Positions 29,027-39,480 of a stretch of 64,000 nucleotides of DNA are shown in pieces. Origin of the DNA: Candidatus Limnocylindrales bacterium (GTDB lineage Bacteria > Moduliflexota > Moduliflexia > Moduliflexales > JAUQPW01); the NCBI GenBank assembly GCA_035559535.1, contig DATMBG010000032.1, positions 62,001-126,000 of the forward strand, written 5' to 3'. The notes below the pieces were generated by a model. It had not been told where the DNA came from. It worked only from the letters and a program-made list of their open reading frames with translations, and did no database searches. The position numbers and the translations under genes are program-made. Each line of letters starts with the position of its first letter. Positions within the stretch are counted from its first letter, which is position 1.

Positions 29027-30925
29027 ATGGGATTCCTTACGAAATTTCTAAAAAGCCTGATTCGAGAACCCGATCAAAAAAAAGTAAAGATCAAGAAGAT
29101 CAGACCTCTGGGTAAAATTCGGCCCCGACATCTTCAAAAGGGGGGTTACTATATTGGATTAGAAATCTGGAAGCGGGGGTTAGAACAGTTCTTACGGGCC
29201 AATCAACGAGAAACCAAAATTGAGCGTGAGCGGGATCAGAATCTCCCCAGGGTTTACTATCAACTTCCGGATAGTGTGACCATTTCGGTAGGTAAAGAAA
29301 TCCGCAAGCACCTTAATTTACTCGAAGAGGATGCTGAAAGGGCCATTCAAGAAAGATATCAGGCCTTTGTCCGGGGTCATGCCCAGTATCGCGAAGAGGA
29401 TCATCGAGAGGGGATTCAGGTTCACTGGCAACTTAATCTCTACCTTCCCGATACGGGCTTTACTGCAGCCGTTCGAAGGTCTCCTTCCGACGAGGAGGTT
29501 GCGGCAAAATTGCGGCTTATAGAGCCTAAAGATGTTTTGTTGGAAACCAATGAATATCCTATTTTGAAATCCCAGGGAAATCTCTTTGTAGGAGCAGACG
29601 TGGGGGAGAATAATTTTCAAATTGAGACCCTGGCCAGGGATCATTTTTCCATCAACCGAATAGGAAAGAACTTCCAGGTTTTTCACACCGGATCTGAGGG
29701 AAAAACCGAAATTCAACGGGAGGGGAAAATTATTTCCCTTTCTTCAAAGGGGGATCGATTAATCCACGGAGATCGAATCCTGGCCTATTATGGGGGAACA
29801 ACCTATGTGTTTGAATTTACCGATCTGGAAGTCCCCTCATACCGGGAGCGGAGAGTTGCCTATCTCGAAGAACGAGCTTTTTATATCGTCACCCAGGATA
29901 CCTATGAATACCCCCGCGTATTCTTGGGGGAAATTCCCTCCGGTTCGTATCAGGCAGGTCCCTTTCTCCGGTGGTTTCTCCCAGAGTTTGAAAATGAAAA
30001 CTCCCCCGTGGTCATTTTTTATGAACCGACCAAGAAAAGGTTTTATCTTAAAACCTTATCCGAAAAAGTTCCGGTTAAGATAGGACCAGAGGAAATCTTC
30101 GTAGGAAAACATTTAACCCATGGGGATGTTCTGCAAATTGGAACCACGGAGCTACTTTTTGAAGAGTTTCAAAGCGAGGGGGTCGTACGTCTGGAAATCC
30201 TCTCCCCCCTGGTAGAGCATCCCCCTTACCGGTTAACCAAACAGGTTACGAAGCTCCGTCCTATTACCCTTTCGGGAAGTCAGAGTGGTCCCGGGTTTAT
30301 TTCTCTCCAGGATCCTAAACTTCCAGATGTGGCCGCACAAATTTACTATCAAGAACCCTATTTCTGGATCGAGATCGGTCAAAGAAAACCGGAAAAGTTG
30401 GCCTTCGGGCAGGAAATTCAACTGGGCCAATCGATCCTGCGAATTATGCGGACGTCTCTCCACCCCCGGTGGAAAGCCCGATTTACCTTGATTAACCGGG
30501 ATCAACGAAGGATTTATCCGCTGGCCAATATCCTTCAGGAAAGTTATGAAGAAAATAAGTGTATTCTGGGAGATGGGCCTTCCTTGACCCGTAATAGCTT
30601 TTGGTTAGAGGATGATATGGATGTGATATCGGAACAACATGCCCAGTTCAAAGCTAAAAGCCGGAAACTGGTCGAGATAACAAACTTAAGTACTTCCCGA
30701 CCTATCTGGATCCTGTCTCCCGGTGGGATTTTTTTAAAAGAACTTCTATGGGCAAAACCTGATGTCCATGGAAATATCATTTTACCCGGGGAGTCTATGG
30801 AACTACGCAAAAACCAACGAATTGTCATCGGACCCTATGAATTCGAGTATAATGGACCGGGTCCTTCTTCACTCCTGGGGTACGATGAAGCCGAAGCGAA
30901 GTTGAAAGATCCGTGGGAGAACTAG
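29027..30925 (+). CDS. Multi-FHA-domain protein (about four degenerate FHA-like repeats)
   Basis: Repeated FHA C-terminal signatures LIHGDRI, LTHGDVLQIGTTELLFE, LAFGQEIQLGQSILRI, LRKNQRIVIGPYEFEY; ISEQHAQF. Confidence 0.7.
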   Translation: MGFLTKFLKSLIREPDQKKVKIKKIRPLGKIRPRHLQKGGYYIGLEIWKRGLEQFLRANQRETKIERERDQNLPRVYYQLPDSVTISVGKEIRKHLNLLEEDAERAIQERYQAFVRGHAQYREEDHREGIQVHWQLNLYLPDTGFTAAVRRSPSDEEVAAKLRLIEPKDVLLETNEYPILKSQGNLFVGADVGENNFQIETLARDHFSINRIGKNFQVFHTGSEGKTEIQREGKIISLSSKGDRLIHGDRILAYYGGTTYVFEFTDLEVPSYRERRVAYLEERAFYIVTQDTYEYPRVFLGEIPSGSYQAGPFLRWFLPEFENENSPVVIFYEPTKKRFYLKTLSEKVPVKIGPEEIFVGKHLTHGDVLQIGTTELLFEEFQSEGVVRLEILSPLVEHPPYRLTKQVTKLRPITLSGSQSGPGFISLQDPKLPDVAAQIYYQEPYFWIEIGQRKPEKLAFGQEIQLGQSILRIMRTSLHPRWKARFTLINRDQRRIYPLANILQESYEENKCILGDGPSLTRNSFWLEDDMDVISEQHAQFKAKSRKLVEITNLSTSRPIWILSPGGIFLKELLWAKPDVHGNIILPGESMELRKNQRIVIGPYEFEYNGPGPSSLLGYDEAEAKLKDPWEN

Positions 30926-31000
30926 CGGGGAACAGAGGGGTGAGGAAGTGTGGGGAGATAGAAATCCCCCTCACATTTCTACACCCTCCTGTTGGTTTTA

Positions 31001-32602
31001 ATGACCGGTATTACTGCGGAAGAATTTATCCGACGCAAATCCCATAATCGACTCAAATTCGTAAGGGAAGTGGGTCGGGGTGGCTTTGGAACCGTCTATC
31101 AATTCGAGGATACGGCCACCCAGCAACCGGTCTGCGTAAAGGTTCTAAGTAATGATCTGTTTAACCGATTAGGAAAAGATGAACAGCGCCTGAAGTTCTA
31201 CGAACAGGAAATTCAAAATCTAGAGGCCTACCGGTTTAAATCCAATATCGCCCATTTATACGCACCCCTTTATGAAGATGAAACTTTTCAGTTTTCTCAA
31301 GGAGATCCTTACCTTTTCCTGGCCATGGAATTTGTAGAGGGGGAAGATTTAGGTTATGAAAAAAGTGCCATTGATAACTTCCGAATAGACCATACCGAAT
31401 TGGCCATTCATCTTATATTCCAGCTCTGTTCGGCCCTCCATAGCATCCACCTTCGAGGTCAATACCATCAAGATCTGTTTCCCGATAACCTTCGGGTTAG
31501 CATGGGTCCTTCAGGGAAAAAAGATCATCTGGTGGTATTGGACCTGGGTCATGTCCGGGCTTATAAACGGAAGTCCCACAGTGCCCTCTCCAATATCGGT
31601 ATGTACCATCCTCCTGAAACCATTTATAGTGGTTTCGAAAAATTCACCTCCATCCGTAATGAACGGATTCGATACTTCGACCGGAGCGATATTTTTTCCT
31701 TGGGGGCCCTTTTCTATGAAATGCTTCAACTGGCTCAGCATCCAGATGACCGCGGAGGACCCTTTACTTTTTTTAAAGATATTGCGGAGTCTTTCGAACT
31801 CTTTATTTTGTTTTATGAAACGTATACTGAAACAAGCGACCCGGATCTTTCCCAAAACTGGCGGGCTTGCTTCGAGAAGTACGATAAGCGAGGCCTCATT
31901 CCCAAGCATGAAGAAAAAAGAGAGAAGTTTAAAGATCTGCTCCAGGAGGTAGGTTTGGACACCCGCATTGCTGACAGCCTCCACCTCTTACCGTCCCATC
32001 GCCCGGATATCGAGACCCTTCTAACCATTTTCTGTAATTACTTCCTCAAACAAGGAAAAAGTCTCTTCCGAATAGGAGAACCTGCCGGCTATACCAAGTG
32101 CCTTTACTGGCTTGAACGGATCACCCGCCACTTTCGAGAAGTAGAGCAAGAGGCAAAAAGTAATGACTTTATATCTCTTCGGGATAACCCCATGCTCAAC
32201 CATATTCAACGTAACCTGAAAGTTTATATAGAGGCTTTGCTGGGGATTGGAAAGAGTTATTATCTCTTAAAGGATCCCTCCTGGGGAACCCATTTCAAAA
32301 AAGCCTGGTTTACCTTTAACCTGTTTGATCATACCCTTTCGATTTCTCAGAAGAAAGATATAGGGGCTAAAGCAGCCATCAATTACGCGTTTTATTTATC
32401 TGAGTTGAACAGACACCAGGAAGCCATAGAAATCCTGTGTCAGGTGGGAAGACCTTTACATCCTTCTCTACAGCCCATTTTTTTCAATAATCTGGGCTCG
32501 CTTTATCAACAAATTGGAAAAACCGATGAAGCCGAACAGTGCTTTAAACAGATGAAAATGGAGAGAAAAATGACTTCTATGCCACTGGGAGATGAGATTT
32601 AG
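31001..32602 (+). CDS. Hanks-type Ser/Thr protein kinase with C-terminal TPR
   Basis: VGRGGFGTVY, VCVK, LAMEFVEG, HQDLFPDN, DLG, YHPPE, SDIFSLG; NNLGSLYQQIGKTDEAEQCF TPR. Confidence 0.82.
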   Translation: MTGITAEEFIRRKSHNRLKFVREVGRGGFGTVYQFEDTATQQPVCVKVLSNDLFNRLGKDEQRLKFYEQEIQNLEAYRFKSNIAHLYAPLYEDETFQFSQGDPYLFLAMEFVEGEDLGYEKSAIDNFRIDHTELAIHLIFQLCSALHSIHLRGQYHQDLFPDNLRVSMGPSGKKDHLVVLDLGHVRAYKRKSHSALSNIGMYHPPETIYSGFEKFTSIRNERIRYFDRSDIFSLGALFYEMLQLAQHPDDRGGPFTFFKDIAESFELFILFYETYTETSDPDLSQNWRACFEKYDKRGLIPKHEEKREKFKDLLQEVGLDTRIADSLHLLPSHRPDIETLLTIFCNYFLKQGKSLFRIGEPAGYTKCLYWLERITRHFREVEQEAKSNDFISLRDNPMLNHIQRNLKVYIEALLGIGKSYYLLKDPSWGTHFKKAWFTFNLFDHTLSISQKKDIGAKAAINYAFYLSELNRHQEAIEILCQVGRPLHPSLQPIFFNNLGSLYQQIGKTDEAEQCFKQMKMERKMTSMPLGDEI

Positions 32603-32725
32603 GTAAGTTGTCTGTCATAGCTTTGTAGTAAAGATCCGGATGGCTTGTTTGCACAGATTATAGCCGGGCTTCAGGGCGAGGAAAGGAGGACTTCTACAAA
32701 ACAACGGACAACGAGGGATGGATCC

Positions 32726-33580
32726 ATGAAGATTTCTTGTTTTGCCATATCCTGTCCTGGTAAGGACACGGTGATCAATCAAGATCGATTTTTGTGTTTT
32801 AAAGAGATCTCAGATAAAATTCTTTTATGGGAAGATGGCTTTTTTAGTCTTCGAACCCAGGAGTATGTCCGGTATGGATATCTTTTTGCCATTGCCGATG
32901 GGCTTGGTGGCCATAATGCCGGGGAAGTAGCCAGTAACCAGGCCATTCGGCTTCTTTGGAAGCGGTATTATTCCGGTCACCCGGATCCCTCCCCGGATAT
33001 CCTGGATCGGCTCAGGGAAATCTTTCGCCAGGCCCATGAAGAGATCAGGATCCTTTCCCGTTCTAAATTTGAATACCGGGGAATGGGTACGACCCTTACC
33101 GCCGCTATCTTAAAGGAGGAAACCCTCTACTGGGCCCATATTGGAGACAGCCGCCTCTATAGAATTAATGATTCCCTGGGAATCCAACAGCTTACCGAGG
33201 ACCATACGTTAATAGCCCGTGGGATCCGGGAAGGTTTTTTAAACCAGGAAGATATTACAAAAAATCATAAAGGAGCACTTTACCAGGCTATTGCCGTAAG
33301 TCCCCAACTGGAAGTTCAAGTCGGTCAGCAAAGGCTCTCTCCTCCAGAGTGGATCTTGCTCTGCTCCGATGGGCTTACCGATGTGCTGGATGAAGGGGCA
33401 ATGGAAGAATTATTTAGAGGCCAGATCCTCAGGGAGGAAAATAGAAGGGCCTTTTCAAACGTACAGGCCCCTGTTTTGCTTTCTATGAGTCCAAAGGAAG
33501 CCTGTGAAAGGCTTGTAAAAGCTGCGGATAAGATGGGGCGGGAAGATGATGTGACCATTGTGGCGATTAAAATCGAATAA
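32726..33580 (+). CDS. PP2C/Stp1-family Ser/Thr phosphatase
   Basis: NQD, IADGLGGHNAGEVAS, GMGTT, HIGDSRLY, LLCSDGLTD, DDVTIV; start at ATG 32726. Confidence 0.92.
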   Translation: MKISCFAISCPGKDTVINQDRFLCFKEISDKILLWEDGFFSLRTQEYVRYGYLFAIADGLGGHNAGEVASNQAIRLLWKRYYSGHPDPSPDILDRLREIFRQAHEEIRILSRSKFEYRGMGTTLTAAILKEETLYWAHIGDSRLYRINDSLGIQQLTEDHTLIARGIREGFLNQEDITKNHKGALYQAIAVSPQLEVQVGQQRLSPPEWILLCSDGLTDVLDEGAMEELFRGQILREENRRAFSNVQAPVLLSMSPKEACERLVKAADKMGREDDVTIVAIKIE

Positions 33581-33588
33581 AATCTCAC

Positions 33589-34739
33589 ATGATGCGCATT
33601 TTCTCTTTAGCTACTTTATCCAGCCTGATTTTTCCTCTTCTTTTTCTGAATGGTTGTGGAGAGGATAAAAATAGTTTTACCATACCCATACCCCCCGGGG
33701 CTCCCATATCTTCCGGTATTCTGACGGCAAATCCGGGAACTGTAGAAGCCGAAGGAACTTCTGTGATCAGTGTCACTTTAGAATCTATTTCGATACCTCC
33801 CCAGAATCTGATTTTTAATTGGTCTGCCCAACGGGGAACGATTACGGGAAACGAAAGTACAGTCCTTTATCAGGCCCCGACTACCCCGGGAGAGGATACG
33901 GTATCGGTCCAGGTCATCGATGCGAGTTCACCGGTAGGAACTCAGGTTATTGCAACGGGAAATATTGTCCTGATGATAATACCCAGGCCTACGCCGACAC
34001 CAACCGGATCTCCAACTCCTTCGCTTACCCCTTCTCCTGAAACAACCCCCACCCCAGACTCCCAGGAGAAAGAAGAGAGAAAGCTCCTGAATAAAGCTCC
34101 CAGGTTGGCTTACTGACTCCCACGCCCGTTGAATCCTCGGCGCCTCTCTTTACATCCCCTAGGGGGGAAACACCCAGTTCCGGAATTACACCAACCCCCC
34201 GAATTTCTTCTACTCCTCCTCCGGTTAGCACGCCCCGGCCAACTCCCATACCCCGAAGAACCCCTGTTCCTACCCCCATGCCAAGTCCTACTTCGGTTTT
34301 GGTTCCAGGTCCCATTGAAGTTCCTTTACCTACCCCCACTTCAACTCCGATCCCGGTTCCCAATCCAACCAGGTTCCTACCTCAACTCCAATTCCCACAT
34401 CCACGCCGACTGCAACTCCTCATCCGACATCTGTACCCCCCATGATGCCCACTGCCGTTCCAACCTCCACTCTTTCCGGTGAGCCAACCCCTTTCCCTAC
34501 TTTAACTCCCGTGACTCTGCCAACGGCTACACCGACGGTTTTACCCAACCGACTCCTATCTCTCTACCCTCAAAAGTGCCTGTTCCGGTTCCATCGGCAA
34601 CACCTGTAATCCTTCCAGATCCCACCAAAACGTCTAAACCGGGTAAGACTCCGAAACCCAGTAAAACTCCGAAACCCCCCAAGATGATGAGGACGATGAA
34701 GGGGAAGAAGATAATGGTCCCGGTCGCAGTAATAATTAG
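33589..34739 (+). pseudogene. Lipoprotein with beta-rich N-domain and long Pro/Thr-rich stalk, broken by frameshifts (intact ORF 33589-34116)
   Basis: Lipobox LNGC; Pro/Thr-rich coding continues past TGA 34116 in successive frames; adding one C at each of four C-runs gives an open 384-aa frame ending QDDEDDEGEEDNGPGRSNN-stop. Confidence 0.7.
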
Positions 34740-34988
34740 TACTTCTTAATTTACTTAAACTTTAATCGACCGGGGTCTGTTCCCCATATTCTTCAAAAAA
34801 TCGGTCTTTGACCCTAGTGGGATTTACTCAAGCTTCAGGGAAGTGGCCTATGGGCGGCCATCCCAGAATCTAAAAATCCCCCGGCTCCGGCAGGGGTAAT
34901 ACCAATCTGTAGAAGTATCGAAAAAGAAATTTGCCTTTAAGGTAAATTGATACCATTTTAAAAGTAGGATAAGGTGAAAGGAAACATT

Positions 34989-36311
34989 ATGGGATACGTG
35001 AAAAACTTTTGGGGTGGTATTATTTTTCCTGGGATAATTATAGCCGGTTTTATCGTTCAGGCTTTCGCTTTAACCAATGAAGAGACCTCTTCACAACTTC
35101 AATTTAACTTTAATCTTCCCGGAGCCAGGGCTTTGGGACAGGGTGGTGCCTTTCTTTCCACGGCAGATGATGCCACGGCTTCGGCGGCGAATCCCGCCGG
35201 GCTTGTCATACCCCGACGACCCGAATTTTTAACCGAAATTCGATTCACCCGTTTTACAACCTTAGATGTTCCTGTGGAAGGGACTCCAACCTTAAATCCC
35301 AATGGTCAACCAACAATCCAGATTTTTACAGAAGATTTCACCAGCGGAACGATTACTTCTCCTTCCTTTTTAAGCTTTGCTTATCCAGCTTCAACCCAGC
35401 GCTTTTCTCTGGCTGTATTTCGGCAAGAGCTGGCAAATTTTACCCAGGATTTTGAAATAGGTCGCATTGTGATTCCTATCACGGGAGCCAGCGATGTTGA
35501 GATATTTCCGGTCAGCAGCCACCTGGATTTCAAAATAACCAACCTGGGGGGTTCCATGGGAGTCGAACTGGCCCGGGGTTTTTCCATTGGGGTAACGATC
35601 CAGGCATCGACGCTCAATATAGATTCCGAGCTAACCCGATTTGATCCCACCCGGATCAATCAGGTTTTTAATTCAACAGTCGATGAATCCGCTACGGCCC
35701 CGAGCCTTATTTTGGGTGGCTTATGGAAGCTTTACCGAACCCAAACACCCCTCAAAGAATTGTCGGTAGGAGGGGTATTTCGAAGTGGACCTCGATTCGA
35801 TTTAACCGAATCCATCAATTTTAGTATCGTTCCAGGGCAAACAGGTACCACTGTAGATTATACGGTCAAGGTGCCGGATGTTTATGGGGCAGGAGCTTCT
35901 TATCGTCAAGGAGGTCTGTTAACTTCAGATGATACCATCACCTTCTCCCTGGATATTATTCACATTCAATATTCGGATTTATTGGAAAATTTCCAAATTA
36001 CGCTGGCCGGTGCCAGTCCTGAAGAATTTACTGTTCAGGATGCCACTCAAATCCACGGAGGGGTGGAGTATAGCTTTTTTTCCGGAACAACCCTTATTTC
36101 TTTGAGGGGAGGATTCTTTACCGATCCAGATCATAGCATTACCTTCCAGGGAAATGATCTTCGTTTTCTGGTTCTTTTTCCAGAACGGGAGGATCAAACC
36201 CACGTTACTTTTGGTGGGGGAATTTCTCTGGGGAGACTCCGTATTGATGGAGCCGTTAATTTAGCGAATTCTATTTCTGAAGGGGTTATCACGGCGTTTT
36301 ATCGGTTTTAA
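34989..36311 (+). CDS. FadL/TodX-like outer-membrane beta-barrel
   Basis: Signal peptide; GARALGQGGAFLSTADDATASAANPAGL N-terminal motif; alternating beta strands; C-terminal YRF. Confidence 0.8.
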   Translation: MGYVKNFWGGIIFPGIIIAGFIVQAFALTNEETSSQLQFNFNLPGARALGQGGAFLSTADDATASAANPAGLVIPRRPEFLTEIRFTRFTTLDVPVEGTPTLNPNGQPTIQIFTEDFTSGTITSPSFLSFAYPASTQRFSLAVFRQELANFTQDFEIGRIVIPITGASDVEIFPVSSHLDFKITNLGGSMGVELARGFSIGVTIQASTLNIDSELTRFDPTRINQVFNSTVDESATAPSLILGGLWKLYRTQTPLKELSVGGVFRSGPRFDLTESINFSIVPGQTGTTVDYTVKVPDVYGAGASYRQGGLLTSDDTITFSLDIIHIQYSDLLENFQITLAGASPEEFTVQDATQIHGGVEYSFFSGTTLISLRGGFFTDPDHSITFQGNDLRFLVLFPEREDQTHVTFGGGISLGRLRIDGAVNLANSISEGVITAFYRF

Positions 36312-36396
36312 GGACCTCCGGTCCATGTCCGTTGTGACTTCTCATAGACTCCAAACCATAGACCCAAATCGTCTACAACAGCAACGGATAAAAACA

Positions 36397-37989
36397 ATGC
36401 GTAAAGCAACTTTCCTGATCGTCCTTTTTTTAATAACCTGGGGGCAAGTGGCAAAGGCCGCCAAGGAGTGGTATGACTATTACCAAGATGGGCTTCAGGC
36501 CATGAAAAATCAGAGATGGCGGGAGGCCGTAGAAAATTTTGAGAAAGCCGTTGCCGAAAACCCACAGCCAAGAAAGCGGGTCGTAACGCCGGGGAATTGG
36601 ATTCTGACCGATTATTATCCTTACCTTCAACTGGGGATTGCTTACCTTCGTCTTGGACAGCCGGAAATAGCTGAAAAATACCTGAATAAAGCCTTAGCCT
36701 TTGAGGTAGAACCCAGGGTGGAGGTTTATCGGTATTTAGCCGAAGTAGATGAGATAAAGAAGCGCTCCCTGGAGAGACGCTATACGGACTTAAAGGAAGA
36801 AAAAAATAGCCCGGAGCGTGGATTACCTCTTCCGGAGACCCCGACACCGGTACCCATCAAGGTTCCAACTCCCACTCCGGTTCCGACTCTGGTTCCAACC
36901 CAGATTCCAACTCCTACGATTCTGGAAGTGGATTTAACCCCGGTTCAAAAACCCCCTCCTATGGTTCCACCCCTTCCCACCCCCCGGATTCCAGAGACTG
37001 TCATTCCAACTCCTACACCCCTGGTACTGACAGGAACCTTATTTATCGATAGTGTTCCTTCTGAAGGAACGGTTCTCTTAAATGGTCAAAAAAGAGGGGA
37101 AACTCCGTTAAACCTCATTGTAAAAGAGGGTGTTTACGAGGTAGAGATTATAAAACGAGGGTATCCCGGGTATCGAACCAGGATAACCGTTCAACCTAAT
37201 CAATTGAATAAGTACCTCTACGCCTTGGGGGAATATGATTGCGATTATGATTCCTCGGCAGATCGAAATCCCGCCCGGGCTATTAATCTGGAAACTTTTA
37301 TGAAATCAGATCAGGCCGCGGAGGTGGATTATGACAAAGGGGATTGCACGGACTGGTTTAGTGTAACAATTCCCAGGGAGGGAAAATGGACCTTTGAGAT
37401 TCAACTCCTCGATAACCTGAAAGCCAATATCGAAGTGGGGGTTTATGGTCCGGATAACAGTACAAAACTTCTGGGTACAGGGACCCGAGACTTCAATCAT
37501 ACGGAAATGATTCGTTTTACCCCCGAGACTTTTATACCCCCCGGCCTTTACTATCTCAGGATTCATGCCAGGGGTAGGGGAGACCGGGCCCTGTATAAAC
37601 CCATGTATGAACTTACGGAAGAAGTCGTTTTAGTTGAAACTCCCGTTGTAGCTGCTCTAACGCCAACCCCCCTTCCAACTTCTACGCCGCTCCCAATCCC
37701 AACGGCACAAGCCGTTCAAGAGTCCAGACCCAACACCCAATGGCCTGAGATTTCCATTACCATTCCCTATGCTCTTCTGGCTCTGGCTTCCGTCGCGTTT
37801 TGTCTGGCTTTTGTGGCGATTGTGATGACCCTCAAATCAAAATCCAGATATCCGTCCAGACCCAGACCGCCTTTTGAGGGGATCAGGAAAAATCCCCCGG
37901 CGGGACCCCTCGAAAAATCTAAATCAGAAATTCTAGAGGAAGAAGATGAAACCTTATTTTTAATGAAAATGGATCTTCGAGATAAATGA
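36397..37989 (+). CDS. Membrane-anchored protein: signal peptide, TPR, Pro/Thr linker, PEGA, PPC-like beta domain, C-terminal TM
   Basis: WYDYYQDG..EAVENFEKA TPR; GTLFIDSVPSEGTVLLNGQKRGETP PEGA; DWFSV...GLYYLRI; TM ALLALASVAFCLAFVAIV; start at ATG 36397. Confidence 0.75.
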   Translation: MRKATFLIVLFLITWGQVAKAAKEWYDYYQDGLQAMKNQRWREAVENFEKAVAENPQPRKRVVTPGNWILTDYYPYLQLGIAYLRLGQPEIAEKYLNKALAFEVEPRVEVYRYLAEVDEIKKRSLERRYTDLKEEKNSPERGLPLPETPTPVPIKVPTPTPVPTLVPTQIPTPTILEVDLTPVQKPPPMVPPLPTPRIPETVIPTPTPLVLTGTLFIDSVPSEGTVLLNGQKRGETPLNLIVKEGVYEVEIIKRGYPGYRTRITVQPNQLNKYLYALGEYDCDYDSSADRNPARAINLETFMKSDQAAEVDYDKGDCTDWFSVTIPREGKWTFEIQLLDNLKANIEVGVYGPDNSTKLLGTGTRDFNHTEMIRFTPETFIPPGLYYLRIHARGRGDRALYKPMYELTEEVVLVETPVVAALTPTPLPTSTPLPIPTAQAVQESRPNTQWPEISITIPYALLALASVAFCLAFVAIVMTLKSKSRYPSRPRPPFEGIRKNPPAGPLEKSKSEILEEEDETLFLMKMDLRDK

Positions 37990-38037
37990 CTCTTTGTGGC
38001 CTTCCCGCTCAAAGGCAATAGGGACTTTTCTAGATTT

Positions 38038-39399
38038 TCACCGTTCCTGTAATCCATACTCCTTCAACTTCCGCCATAGTGTGCTCTTAGAAATTTGTAA
38101 AATTTGGGCCGTTTTTTTCTTGTTTCCACCACACTGTTGAAGAACTTCCAGGATGTAGTTTTTCTCATTCTCTGCAAGGGACACCAGCTTACTTGAAGGC
38201 TTAGAGGGGATTGAGGGGAAGGTCTGTTCCAGGCCCTGAATATGCCGGGGGAGATTTTCAGGTAGGATAATTTCCCCGGTAGCCAGAGCCACAGCTCGTT
38301 CTATCACATTTTCCAGTTCCCGAACATTGCCCGGCCAGTCATATCTAACCAATAGATCCACTGCCTCTTGGGAGATAGACCGAATCGGTTTATGCATCTT
38401 ATTACGATATCTTTCTAGAAAGTGATTTACCAGGAGCGGGATATCATCTTTACGCTCTCGTAGAGCTGGAAGTTTGATGGGAATGACGTTAAGTCGGTAG
38501 AAGAGATCTTCTCGGAAGGTTTTTTCTTGAATGGCCTGTTGTAAATCTTTATTGGTAGCCGCAATAAGCCGGACATCTACATGGAAAGATTTATTATCTC
38601 CAATCCGACGGATCTCTCCGCTTTGAAGAAATCGAAGTAGTTTGACCTGGATGGCCGGAGAAATTTCTCCGATTTCATCCAAAAAAATGGTTCCCTGGTG
38701 GGCTTCTTCGAAAAGACCTTTTCGATTTTTAATAGCTCCGGTGAAAGCCCCTTTGATGTGGCCAAAAAATTCACTATCCTGAAGCCCTTCGGGTAAGGCA
38801 CTACAATTGACGATCACAAAAGGCTTGTCTTTCCTGGGACTATTATTGTGAATGGTTTGGGCAATAAGCTCTTTACCTGTACCACTCTCTCCCAGGATCA
38901 AAACGGTACTATCGGTTTGACAAACCTGGGTGACCAGCTTCAAGATATCCAGCATTTTAGGCGAATTCCCCACAATATTTTCAAATTTATATCGCTCTCG
39001 AACCTGCTCTTCCAGGAGTTTGACCCGCTCGGTCAAGGTCTTCCGTTCCAATGCCTTATTAACAACCAGTACGATTTCCTCGGGCTCGAAGGGTTTTGCA
39101 ATATAGTCATAAGCCCCTATTTTCATGGCCTGCACGGCAGAATCCACCGTACCATAAGCGGTTATCACAATGACTTCCGTTTGTTGGGATATCTCTTTGA
39201 CCTTTTGGAGAACCTTAATCCCATCGATCTTTTCCATTTTCAAATCTGTAATAACCAGATCATAGGTTTTCCTTTCCAGAAGACGGAGGGCTTCTTCTCC
39301 GCAAGAAGCCTCTTCGACTTGATAACCTACCCGTTTTAAGGTAATTTTCAGAGTCGTTCGGATGCTCTTTTGATCATCAACCAGTAAAATTTCTGCCAC
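38038..39399 (-). CDS. Sigma54-dependent response regulator (NtrC/AtoC family)
   Basis: Receiver ILLVDD..DLKM; GESGTGKE, GAFTGA, FREDLFYRLNV, WPGNVRELEN; Fis HTH. Confidence 0.95.
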   Translation of the reverse strand: MAEILLVDDQKSIRTTLKITLKRVGYQVEEASCGEEALRLLERKTYDLVITDLKMEKIDGIKVLQKVKEISQQTEVIVITAYGTVDSAVQAMKIGAYDYIAKPFEPEEIVLVVNKALERKTLTERVKLLEEQVRERYKFENIVGNSPKMLDILKLVTQVCQTDSTVLILGESGTGKELIAQTIHNNSPRKDKPFVIVNCSALPEGLQDSEFFGHIKGAFTGAIKNRKGLFEEAHQGTIFLDEIGEISPAIQVKLLRFLQSGEIRRIGDNKSFHVDVRLIAATNKDLQQAIQEKTFREDLFYRLNVIPIKLPALRERKDDIPLLVNHFLERYRNKMHKPIRSISQEAVDLLVRYDWPGNVRELENVIERAVALATGEIILPENLPRHIQGLEQTFPSIPSKPSSKLVSLAENEKNYILEVLQQCGGNKKKTAQILQISKSTLWRKLKEYGLQER

Positions 39400-39408
39400 G
39401 CTTTAAGA

Positions 39409-39480
39409 AGACCAGAGGCGAAAGGTGAAAGACAAAAAACAAAGGTTTTTATTTTATCTTTTACCTTTCGCCTCTGGTCT
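39409..39480. repeat. Perfect 18-bp inverted repeat between kinase and regulator
   Basis: AGACCAGAGGCGAAAGGT ... ACCTTTCGCCTCTGGTCT. Confidence 0.85.

Noticed and set aside
29027-33580. Type VI secretion regulatory module (Fha/PpkA/PppA)
   Set aside because: No Tss, Hcp or VgrG genes in the window and the kinase has no TM segment
34025-34363. Gly/Val-rich minus-strand ORF
   Set aside because: Antisense shadow of Pro/Thr codons
34114-34482. Selenocysteine read-through of the lipoprotein TGA
   Set aside because: Same-frame continuation is not protein-like, while the shifted frame continues the Pro/Thr pattern; no SECIS-like hairpin recognised
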